This document shows, in pieces, positions 20,448 through 29,803 of a stretch of DNA of 64,000 nt. Origin of the DNA: Tetramitus jugosus. Its lineage: Eukaryota; Protista; Heterolobosea. The stretch lies in assembly GCA_937625935.1 (NCBI GenBank), contig OW569389.1, positions 248,001 to 312,000 on the forward strand, given 5' to 3'. Under the pieces are notes generated by a model. The model worked only from the letters and a program-made list of their open reading frames with translations. It was not told the DNA's origin and did no database searches. Position 1 is the stretch's first letter. The number at the start of each line of letters is the position of its first letter. Made by a program: the position numbers and the translations under genes.

Positions 20448-23171
20448 TTATTTATTGGATTCGGAGCCTTTTCTGACTTTGGAAGGCGAGATCTTTGCTT
20501 CCAGTTCTCTCTCGTATTTAGATATGAGGGAGTTGAGGGCCTCTATATGAACTTGATAATTTTTTGCAGTTGTCTCATGACCCATAATCTGTTCTGATAG
20601 ATGTAGACATTCATTCTCCATGATCCTCAACTTGTTCGTAAGTGTTTCGATCAGTTTTGGGTCTGTCTGAGGTGGAGTTGGCTGAGCCTTTTGCTCTTGC
20701 TTGAGAACAACATTTTCAAGAATAGAAATTTGGTCGGTGATGCTCTGTTGGATATCTTGGAGTTGATCGTTCTCTTCTTCTTTCTGCAATAGTTTTTCCT
20801 CGAGTTCTTGCAACCGTTGGCTGAGGGTGTGGTTGTGCTTCTCAAGAGCAGATACGTACACTGCATCTCTTTCTGTCCCTTGCACTACTTCCTCTCCAAG
20901 CTTTGTCAATTTGTACTGGAATTGTTCCAGATTCTCGAATAGGTGATTGTTTTCATTCTGTAGTTGACGAATATAAGGAACAATCTGTTCAGATACAATG
21001 CTTCTAGCCTCTGGCATTTTGTCAAAGTAGGAAGATATGGTCGTGATCCACTTATCTACAGAACCATTATTGATAACTTGTTCATGAGATGGTTTAGGAA
21101 GATCGAACTTGGCCTTCTTTTGAGATTCACTCTCTAGAATGGAGTTTCTGACGAGCTGCAGCTCCCGTTGCGCATCTTCGTAGGCAGATAACAATTCTTC
21201 ATACTGTAGTTTTTGTTCTTGAACCAAATTTTGGTATCGTTGCTCCATTTTCTGAGCGAGAACACTGGGATCTTCCTCATCATCTTTCTCTTCAATTATT
21301 TCTAAGTCATCTTTTAATACTTCGTGGTCTGCCTCTTGAAACTCAGCGATCCTTGCTTGAAGGATGCTCTTTTCTTCTTCCAGCTGCGCGATTTGATCCT
21401 GTAGTTGAGCGATAGTGACCTTGTTGGTTTGATTCATCTTAACTAACTCATCGATGACACTCTGAGCTTCCCTTAACTTTTCCATCAGGGAGTTTGAAGT
21501 TGAAGATTTTGGTGTGTTATTGGAGGAGTGTAATGATCTTCGTAGCTCTTCAGATTGAGTTAGCTTCTTCAATTCTAATTGCTGATTGACGTTCTGATCC
21601 TTTTGTTCCTGGAGATCTTTCTTCAGTTGAGCGATTTCCGTCTGTGAATCCCCAATAGCTGTATCCCTTTCTAGTCTCATATTGGTAAGTTCTTGTTTTA
21701 ACAGCAGCACCAAGTTATTATCGACTTCTTTGTTATTACTGTGTACTTCCGCTAACTTCAGCTTCTCCTTAAGTATCTTGACCTCGCTTTCAATCTTTTT
21801 CTTGTCCAAGGCGTTCTTACTATTCAAGCTGTTAAGTTCATTAATTTCTTGCTGAAGTTGTTTGACAGTATCGTTATATTTCTTTTTGTAGCTGGTAACA
21901 CTCCTTTCGTTATCATTCTGAATTTCAACAATGGTCGATTTCAATGATTGCACTTCCTTCTGAAGTCTTTCAATTTCTGCCATATACATCAGTTCTACAT
22001 TTTTGATTTCACGATCGATTAGGTTTCTGACGTTTTGCCCCTTGATTAGATCCTTCTCGTTTGTGAGAATCTGTTGCTTTAGTACTTTACAATTTCCTTC
22101 AAGAGAAGTGATTGTTTGTTGCGCTTGATCAAATCTTTTCTGTAATACGTCGTACTGATCTCGTTGTTGTTTAAACCGTTGTTTAAAATTATCTTTCAGA
22201 GTTTTGGTCTCGTTCTTTAGGTTGTTATTCTCAGCGGTTAGTTGATTAATCTGAGCATCTTTTGTCTGGTTGGTCTGATTGAGACTTTTCTGAACAGTAT
22301 GTTTTTCCTTCTTTAAATCCTGGATTTGTTTGTATAGACTCTCCATTTGTTTCGACTGAAGTTCATTAGTATTCTGAAGGACTGCTACTTGCTCTTTGTA
22401 TTGTTCCTCTGTTTTTCTGAGAATTTTTGTGAAATGGGCGTACCTACTCTCTATTCCATCTATTCCGGATGTAGTATCAGTACTCATGACGCTACTATTA
22501 TGCATCTTGTAGTGAGGAGATTTCTCTTGACTGGCTTTCACACTGTTCAATTCTTCTTGGGTAGACTCAAGTTGGGTTCTCATAGAATCTAATCTACCTT
22601 TGAGTGCTGCTTTCTCCAGTTTGATCATATCCAACTCTCTCCTTAGGTTTGAGACTTCAATTTTGTTTATAGGGCTTTCGTAAGAGGAGTACTCTCGAGA
22701 GGATCTCATAAACTTATCAATGGGAGAGTTGATCTGACTTATTGAGGCTGCATCGAGTAAACTACTGTGTTGTTCGTTCATTCTAGGAGTGACAGATCAA
22801 GAGGGAGAGTAAGAACACACAACCGATCATCACATATAAGAAGCAAAGGAACAAACTTACTTTCTATAAGAAGTTATATCGACATCATACTTCATTCTGA
22901 GTTTCTCTGGAGTAAGAAAAGGAAGAGGATATGGACTCTTCAGAAAGCTATCATTGGCCATCTGAATCATTTGTGAAGGCGATTCATCCTCTATTGGAAC
23001 TACTGTTTCCTTTTCTTGTTCGGCACCAATTTTTCTTTCCTCTGTTTCTTCTCTTTGACTCTCCAGAAACTTTCTCAAGTTGTCAGAGTAGTTCTGCATC
23101 TCATGAAGCTCTCTGATGACAGATGTGTCCAATCCAGAGTCTTCCAATTCATTCTCTGTTTCTTCATACAT
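20448..23171 (-). CDS. Long coiled-coil protein, 2 exons: 23171-22861, 22782-20448
   Basis: Intron 22783-22860 (GTAAGT..TAG) joins ..SYRK to MNEQ.. in frame; heptad-rich E/K/Q/L sequence. Confidence 0.82.
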
Positions 23172-23354
23172 GATCACTGTGATATCAATTTTCCCTTTTG
23201 ATGATCGTCGCTGATCAATCCTTGAGCTCTGTCAATTTGGCTCCCCTTGCTGATACAGTTTCCGTAATTCCCTTGCAACTGCCGATGGCGGAAAATCGCA
23301 CATCGGAGATATCGGCCTTTAGCGTTGAAAAACAACAAAAAGTTTCACAACCAA

Positions 23355-25157
23355 ATGGACAACAGCGTGGAATGTCAATGGAGCCATTTGCTCAGTGTCA
23401 AGAGCAACACCAATGGCTACTTCTATTTTGCTGCCACAATCCTAGTTCTCATTGCCACAAATCTCTTTAAAAGAACTCAAAAAACAAAATTTTATTTATT
23501 GACGCTCTTGTTGTTGAATGGTGCTGTTGAATATGTTGCATTGATGATGATCCGTAATGGATCACATCTCACTCAGATCAACGAACATCAATTGACTCAA
23601 TTGCGATTTATTGTTGCTTCTTTTTGTGTCGCCACATTTTTCTTGGCGCTCTTGTTTGGCGGGAAATCATCATCTACGGGAAAGATCGCAGGCTCAAAAG
23701 CAGCAGCTTCAGTCAAGAGCAACAACAAGAGTAATGAACATTCGTACAAGATTCAAGTCTATAGGGGCTCTGGAGGTGAAAGCAAGGATGCCTACTTGGC
23801 AAATCAAGCCAAAAAGAACACTTTCAAGGATCGATTGGTTCAATTGGCTCAAACACAGAACACTCGTCTCATTAGCAGTCAATTTGCATCGTATATGGAC
23901 TCGATAGATGATTTGAAGCAGTATCGTAACGAATTCTTCTATCCATTGAATGAGAAGACTGGTAAGCCATTGACCTATTTGTGTGGTAACTCTCTTGGTT
24001 TGCAGCCAAAGCGTGTGACTCAATATGTCAATGAAGAGTTGAAAAAGTGGGCTGAAGTAGGAGTCGAGGGTCACTTTACAGGTACTCGTCCATGGTTCAA
24101 CATTGAAGACTATGTAGTTGAATTGATGGCTCGTGTCGTTGGTGCAAAGCCAATTGAAGTTGCAGTGTGTCATACATTGACTGTGAATGAGCACTTGTTG
24201 TTGGTTTCCTTTTATCAACCTACTGCCAAGAGACACAAGATTTTGATTGAAGAGAATCCGTTCCCTTCCGATATGCACGCAATCATCTCTCACATCAAAT
24301 CAGTACGAAACGGGACTGATGAGAGATTTGATCCTGAGGAGTCCTTGATTCAGATTGGACCAAGAAAGGGTGAAGATTTTGTACGAACAGAGGATATTTT
24401 GGACTTGCTTGAGAAGCAGGGAGATGAAATTGCTCTGATTCTTTTGGGAGGAGTTCACTTTATGAGTGGACAAGCATTTGATTATGAAACGATTACGAAG
24501 AAGGGTCACGAGAAGGGATGTATTGTTGGTTTTGATTTTGCACACGGTGCTGGTAATATTGATCTCAAGTTACATGACTGGGATGTTGATTTTGCATGCT
24601 GGTGCACGTACAAGTATCTCAATTCTGGTCCAGGCAATTTGGGTGGTATGTTTGTGCACGAGAGACATGCTTACAAGAATTTGGATGAATTGCCAAGGTA
24701 TGCTGGATGGTGGGGACACAAGAGAGACACTCGTTTCCGCCTGACCAACAAATTTGATCCTCAACCAGGTGCCGCCAGTTGGCAACTCTCTAATCCAATT
24801 GTTCTCGGAATGGTTGCTGTGCAAGCAAGTTTGGAGTTGTTTGACAAGGCCACCATTGCTCAACTCAGACAAAAGTCATACTTGCTCACTTCGTATCTAG
24901 AAATGCTCATTGACTCTGAGTTGCCAAAGGATGTGACAATCCTAACGCCTCGCGATCCAAAACTCAGAGGGTGCCAACTGTCGCTCCGATTCAACACTAA
25001 ACCACTGGACGAAGTGATGGAGAAGTTGAAGGAGAGTGGAGTCATTTGTGATGAAAGAGAGCCTGATATTATTCGTATCGCCCCTGCACCGCTATACAAC
25101 ACCTTTGAAGAGGTTTACAACTGTGTCATGATCCTCAAAGCTATTCATAGAAACTAA
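23355..25157 (+). CDS. KYNU: Kynureninase with N-terminal hydrophobic extension
   Basis: YLCGNSLGLQPK, GHF..PW, TLTVNEHLLLVSFY, FPSD, DFAHGAGN, WCTYKYLNSGPG (PLP lysine), GWWGH, RGCQLS, D.REP.IIRIAPAPLYN. Confidence 0.96.
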   Translation: MDNSVECQWSHLLSVKSNTNGYFYFAATILVLIATNLFKRTQKTKFYLLTLLLLNGAVEYVALMMIRNGSHLTQINEHQLTQLRFIVASFCVATFFLALLFGGKSSSTGKIAGSKAAASVKSNNKSNEHSYKIQVYRGSGGESKDAYLANQAKKNTFKDRLVQLAQTQNTRLISSQFASYMDSIDDLKQYRNEFFYPLNEKTGKPLTYLCGNSLGLQPKRVTQYVNEELKKWAEVGVEGHFTGTRPWFNIEDYVVELMARVVGAKPIEVAVCHTLTVNEHLLLVSFYQPTAKRHKILIEENPFPSDMHAIISHIKSVRNGTDERFDPEESLIQIGPRKGEDFVRTEDILDLLEKQGDEIALILLGGVHFMSGQAFDYETITKKGHEKGCIVGFDFAHGAGNIDLKLHDWDVDFACWCTYKYLNSGPGNLGGMFVHERHAYKNLDELPRYAGWWGHKRDTRFRLTNKFDPQPGAASWQLSNPIVLGMVAVQASLELFDKATIAQLRQKSYLLTSYLEMLIDSELPKDVTILTPRDPKLRGCQLSLRFNTKPLDEVMEKLKESGVICDEREPDIIRIAPAPLYNTFEEVYNCVMILKAIHRN

Positions 25158-25740
25158 TGCACTAGCGAAGTGGTAATACAATATCGATTCATCAATTTCT
25201 TAATATCAATTATTGTGTCCTGACCGAGGTATGCTCACCCTGCAAGTGCCAAGCTCATGAAGCATCACCAACCATAGCGACTGGAGCAAACTGATCAAGG
25301 GATTCTCCTTCCAAGCCAAAATGCGATTCTAAGACATTGTTCTTTCGAGCGTAACCGTCTCGTTCTTGTTGACCATCCAAAGACTCAGCTCTGCATCATC
25401 CCGGTCAATCAAAGCAAGAGCCTGCTTGTGTTGGCACCAATTCACAAATGGTGCCCTTTCCCGTTGAAACTTTGTTTGCGCCCTTTTATCGCGTCAAAAG
25501 CAAGGATGTTGCTGTCGAGGATGACGTATACCCAAAGAGTCTCACCACGGGTCGCCTAAATCGGCAATAAACTAGTGTTTTCACATGGACCACTCTTGTC
25601 GTCGTCCGTCACCGAGTAGAAACTGGCAATACTTGTGCTGGGTGATTAACTTGTAAAACAGTGTCATTCGACTGTAGGCAATTCCTTTGCATGCTTTCTT
25701 CACATCGCGGAAAGGAGAAAATTTTTGTGATCAGATAAAG

Positions 25741-27807
25741 ATGATTCCAACAAGAAAACACTGGAAGACAAAGCGTCCCACTGAATCAAAGGTTGACAAG
25801 GTCTGGGTGAAGAAACAGAAGTATGAGTATTCCACATTATTGGAAGACTCTGTGGTGGTGAATCAGTTGTCATTGCTTTCGTCAGATGAGATATCCTGTG
25901 TCTTGGATTTCCTGTTGTGGGACGATATTGCTAGTGTGCTCATGTTGTCCCTGTCTTGCAAGTCTGTTTATCAGAAAGTGGAAAATGTACTTCGTTCGAT
26001 TCAACCGTTCGTATTCGTAGATGAGCGAACTGACGAGGAGGAAAACGGTTGCAAAGAAGCAATAGTGGGAGTACATGAGGTTGATGACACCAAGCGTGAG
26101 AGCAAAGATGGAGAAGTTGTCTGCAAGGTAAATAACATTGAAAAGAGTGGAGCGGGGGGAAAAGAATGGTGTAAACAAAAGCAAAACAAGTGGAGTATCA
26201 CGAGAGCATTGAGAACAAGGCAGGGCTTAATATTTACTACAGATACACAGGTTGCAAAGATTGAAGAATTGATGCATAGGGAGCATATCTTTGACCTCTC
26301 TAGATTGACCAATCATTTGGCATTCTACTATGTTGATTCACAAAAGATTGTTCAGTTCCTATCTGGATCTATTAGTGGGAAGTCATTGGTCTCTTCGAAG
26401 ATCATCAAAACGGAGCTGATTTCTTTTCCTTGGAAGAATCAGAAAGGAGATGAGATCAATGAAAAGATGATTGAGGAGATCAATACTGTTCCAGGTTTCT
26501 TTCTAGAAAGCTTAACTTTGCACATTGTAACGTACTCAATGATGGAGCTTTATCAAATTCTGGCATGCTGTCGCTCATTGATCTCATTATCATTGAAATT
26601 TCATAGGACATTCGGAATAGAATTGATTTTACCAAAGAATATCAACATTCCTGTATTCCACTCTTTGAAGAAGTTGAGTATAACAACTGAGAATGATTAT
26701 GCAGATAGTGTCCAACTATTTTACGATCTTTTGCGACTCGCCCCCAACTTGGAACATCTGGAGTGCATATTTTCAGGAGATTTCAATGATAGCTTCCTCA
26801 CATTCTTGACCAAACAATGTCCGAAACTCAAGAAGTTACATGTGTTAAGTGATGACAGAGCAGATGAGCACGAGTTCTCCGACGAAGGAATTCTTAATTT
26901 GCTCTCAAAACTCCCAAACCTCACAGACCTTGAATTTCATAATTGTTATGCAATCACTGGAGAGGTATTCACCAAGATTGGCCAGTATGGGAAACATTTA
27001 AAGAATCTAAATATTGAAAGATACGATGGTGAAGTGGAGGAGTATGGTGATATTCACTTTGGTGGGGGTGAGTTGACAGCGTTGGAATGTTTAACATTCC
27101 AAGGAGATTTTAATGAAGAAGCTGAATGGTCAAAATATTTCACATCCAGTATCATCCAGACAGCTCCTAATCTGAAACATCTGAAAGGTAATTTCCACAT
27201 TTTGGATATGGCATTAATGTTAGAGCAATGCCAAAAATTAAACACTGTGGTGATGGCTAGATGCACTCAATCTGTAATTTCTAAATTGATTATGAATCAC
27301 AATATGGAGACTATTGATCTGATATCTCAGGACCATTGCCCATTCTCAGTCGATAGTTTGAGGTCATGCTTATGGCCCAAATTGAAAGTGTTGAACTTGA
27401 GATGTGTGGAGCCACCAAAGCATTGTGATGAGTGGCTCTTGACACTGACCAAAGCATGTCCAAATCTACAGCGTTTAATTCTGTGTTGTCATTTCCAGGA
27501 CGATTCAGCTGAAAATGAACGTGCTCTGATTGGCGCAACAATGTATGAATTATTGAAGATTGAGAGCAATTGGCCTGATCTTCGAGTAGTGTTCTTGTGT
27601 GATGATTCAGGAAGCACCCAAGAAAGTTTTCTCGATAGCTATGATTGTATTTCCATTAGGCCATTTTTATTTGTGGGGAATCCAACAAAAGTAGATTACA
27701 GTTTTAAACGGAGCACTCATGGGGAGAGCAGCATGGTCGAATTCATCAGAAAATGGATCGTTTATGATCCTATCATGAGAAACAATGAAAAGGAAGTGGA
27801 TTACTGA
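25741..27807 (+). CDS. F-box/LRR-repeat protein
   Basis: LSLLSSDEISCVLDFL..LSLSCK F-box-like motif; LRRs APNLEHL, CPKLKKL, LPNLTDLEFHNCYAIT, CPNLQRL. First ATG at 25741. Confidence 0.85.
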   Translation: MIPTRKHWKTKRPTESKVDKVWVKKQKYEYSTLLEDSVVVNQLSLLSSDEISCVLDFLLWDDIASVLMLSLSCKSVYQKVENVLRSIQPFVFVDERTDEEENGCKEAIVGVHEVDDTKRESKDGEVVCKVNNIEKSGAGGKEWCKQKQNKWSITRALRTRQGLIFTTDTQVAKIEELMHREHIFDLSRLTNHLAFYYVDSQKIVQFLSGSISGKSLVSSKIIKTELISFPWKNQKGDEINEKMIEEINTVPGFFLESLTLHIVTYSMMELYQILACCRSLISLSLKFHRTFGIELILPKNINIPVFHSLKKLSITTENDYADSVQLFYDLLRLAPNLEHLECIFSGDFNDSFLTFLTKQCPKLKKLHVLSDDRADEHEFSDEGILNLLSKLPNLTDLEFHNCYAITGEVFTKIGQYGKHLKNLNIERYDGEVEEYGDIHFGGGELTALECLTFQGDFNEEAEWSKYFTSSIIQTAPNLKHLKGNFHILDMALMLEQCQKLNTVVMARCTQSVISKLIMNHNMETIDLISQDHCPFSVDSLRSCLWPKLKVLNLRCVEPPKHCDEWLLTLTKACPNLQRLILCCHFQDDSAENERALIGATMYELLKIESNWPDLRVVFLCDDSGSTQESFLDSYDCISIRPFLFVGNPTKVDYSFKRSTHGESSMVEFIRKWIVYDPIMRNNEKEVDY

Positions 27808-28057
27808 GTAATGGACACGTTAGGTAGCTTTTTGTGCCGTAATTATCTTCGTTACAGTGTGATTGAACGTTACCTTCTCGTTCGTTATTAAATCATGAAC
27901 AAGAGGGATTTAGAAACAACTGTATTGTGTTGAGCAAGTCAACCACTTTTTCGATGAAAGATTCATCTATAGTGAAAGCCGAAAAGAAGTGGTCACCATC
28001 AAAACAACTATGAGAATAATAGAAAGTTTAACCATTTAAAGAGCGTTATCTCATCCA

Positions 28058-29200
28058 TTACTTCTTAATTCTAACATGAAGGGTTTCGACGCACCCCATC
28101 TTGTTCACAAATGTTCTGGCTCTACTAGACTTAAAGTCTGCTTCCGGCGCGAAAACTCCACTTTGTTCAATACACTACTATGAGACATGTCGTCGCTCAG
28201 AACCTGCGGTTCTGAGCTATTGTGCAGGTCTCTTCGCTAACGAGTCTTTCCAGACTTTATTCATTCGTTTGATGCAAGATCTTTTCATTGCATTTACCAA
28301 TCTTTTAACTTTTATTTCTCTCCTCTTGCGGCCACATACTACTATTTCTTTCATCAGTACCTCCTTCTGGTCCTCTTCTTTACCCATTAGTCCTGCCAGC
28401 AGCTCTTCTGATGTTCGACTGGGGGTCCGAGGTAGCATTTTGCCATCATCGTACACCACATTGTCAAACCAGAGATTGAGCTTGGCTTGTCTCATGAACT
28501 CCAGTTTGTTCAATGAAACCTTGAATTCCTCCACCGCCAAAAACAGTGCCACATTGACACATTGAGTCTAATGTCTAGTTGACTTGAGGCAAGGAGTTTA
28601 TTACTTAAAATCAAGAGCTCTTTGGCAAGACTCCAAATCAATTCAAAAAGCGAAGGAAAGCGCGGAAGTTGCTCCAATTTACATCATTGATGTCTGCGTT
28701 CATACAATGGTGGAACCACCTCTTCCCATTTCGAATAGAGAAGTTAAGCACCATCTGGCTGAGTTAGTATTGAGATAGGAGACTACTCGAGAACCCTCAG
28801 TAATGTAGGCTTTTGCAAAAGAACATCCACTCGCATCAAGTGTGAGGATACTTAACGTGAGTGGCTGCAACGGAATATGAGAGAATGCATCGTCTGTGAT
28901 TTGATTGCAACCACTCATATCAAGTGAAACACTCAATATATATTTTTTGAGGTTTCTTTTCTTGTTGAACATGAGAGATCTATCGAACTTGAATTGATTC
29001 CTTTGCAAGTGTAACGCAATTGCAACCATTCATCGACGAGTGTCACAAAACTCAATGATTTTGGACCATGTCAAGTTCAGCAGAACCAATATCAATTGAG
29101 TTTCAATTGTCACATTTTCACTGGAACTTGCACTTTCATTTCTTCTCTTCTTAATCGATTTGTCATTGCTTTCTTCGTTGCGTCGGTCTCCAAATTTTTC
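28058..29200 (-). pseudogene. Decayed F-box/LRR gene (paralog of the gene starting at 63820), interrupted by the 5S rRNA gene
   Basis: The reverse complement of 29011-29095 aligns with about 63918-64000 (attggttctg..acatggtc.aaaat..ttgagt.ttgtgacactcg..gaatggttg.aattg.gtt). LRR units LDMSGCNQITDD and LDASGCSF/INDV; frameshifts; in-frame TAGs at 28217, 28178 and 28175; frame ends ..HVRIKK* at 28058. Confidence 0.8.
28692..28811 (+). rRNA. 5S rRNA: 5S rRNA gene
   Basis: GTCTGCGTTCATAC..GAAGTTAAGC..GTTAGTA..GGAGAC..GAA..GTAATGTAGGC followed by TTTT. Helix I GTCTGCGTT/AATGTAGGC, II ATGGTG/CACCAT, III CTCT/AGAG, V CTGAG/CTCAG and IV TAG-GAGA-CTA all pair. Confidence 0.95.
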
Positions 29201-29803
29201 CGCTGTTCTATCTGAACAGTAGTTAGATGCCGTTGCAGAAACCCCTAACTACAGTCGCACCAAGAGGTCTGGGAACTCTATTCCGAACTCCAGTTTTTTC
29301 TGGCAGAGATACTGAGCGCGCAAATTAGTGACCGTTACTTTTCGGTTTCTGCAAAGGTCAACTCAAACTTTCCTTGGTTGACCCATGGGCTCCTGCTATA
29401 AATTCAAATCCATTCGGAAGAGAAGAAACAAAACCCTAAAACCCAATTCAATACATCTGAAGAAACAACCAATAACAACCCAAAAGTGTCAAGCAATAAC
29501 AGGCCATCAAATATTTGCTCCAATAGATCACTCAGATATTATCGCATCCCAAAATCATCGGGCTCGATATTTTTTTGAGTGATCTATTCGATCAAATATT
29601 TGAGCTTGGTATCGCTTGACAACAATGCATTGTTGAAACTCAACAAGATCAAGCTCTGAATCATCCCATTCCAATTGGCCAAAGACGAGCCTATTTCGCC
29701 GCTTTGTTCCAGCGAATGCTCGACATGCGCAACTTGCGGGAGAGAAGCTTCAAGAAACCAAAAATACAAGGAAAAGAAAAAAAAAACGCAAGACACTCCA
29801 CCC

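Noticed and set aside
28041-28217. Possible structured ncRNA (GAGCG/CGCTC and TCTCAT/ATGAGA end pairing; perfect hairpin GCTCAGAACC-TGC-GGTTCTGAGC at 28195-28217)
   Set aside because: It lies within the 3' coding frame of the F-box/LRR pseudogene, the stems are short, and there are no family motifs.
28058-28219. In-frame TAG codons inside a continuing reading frame, suggesting stop-codon reassignment or readthrough
   Set aside because: They occur only in segments that also have frameshifts. Conserved genes have no internal TAG/TAA/TGA and use all three as true stops, so this is pseudogene decay under the standard code.
29425-29460. AAACCCTAAAACCCAATTCA as a telomerase template or RNase P CR-V motif
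   Set aside because: No matching P4 5' strand or template-boundary context; A/C-rich sequence is typical of 5' leaders here.
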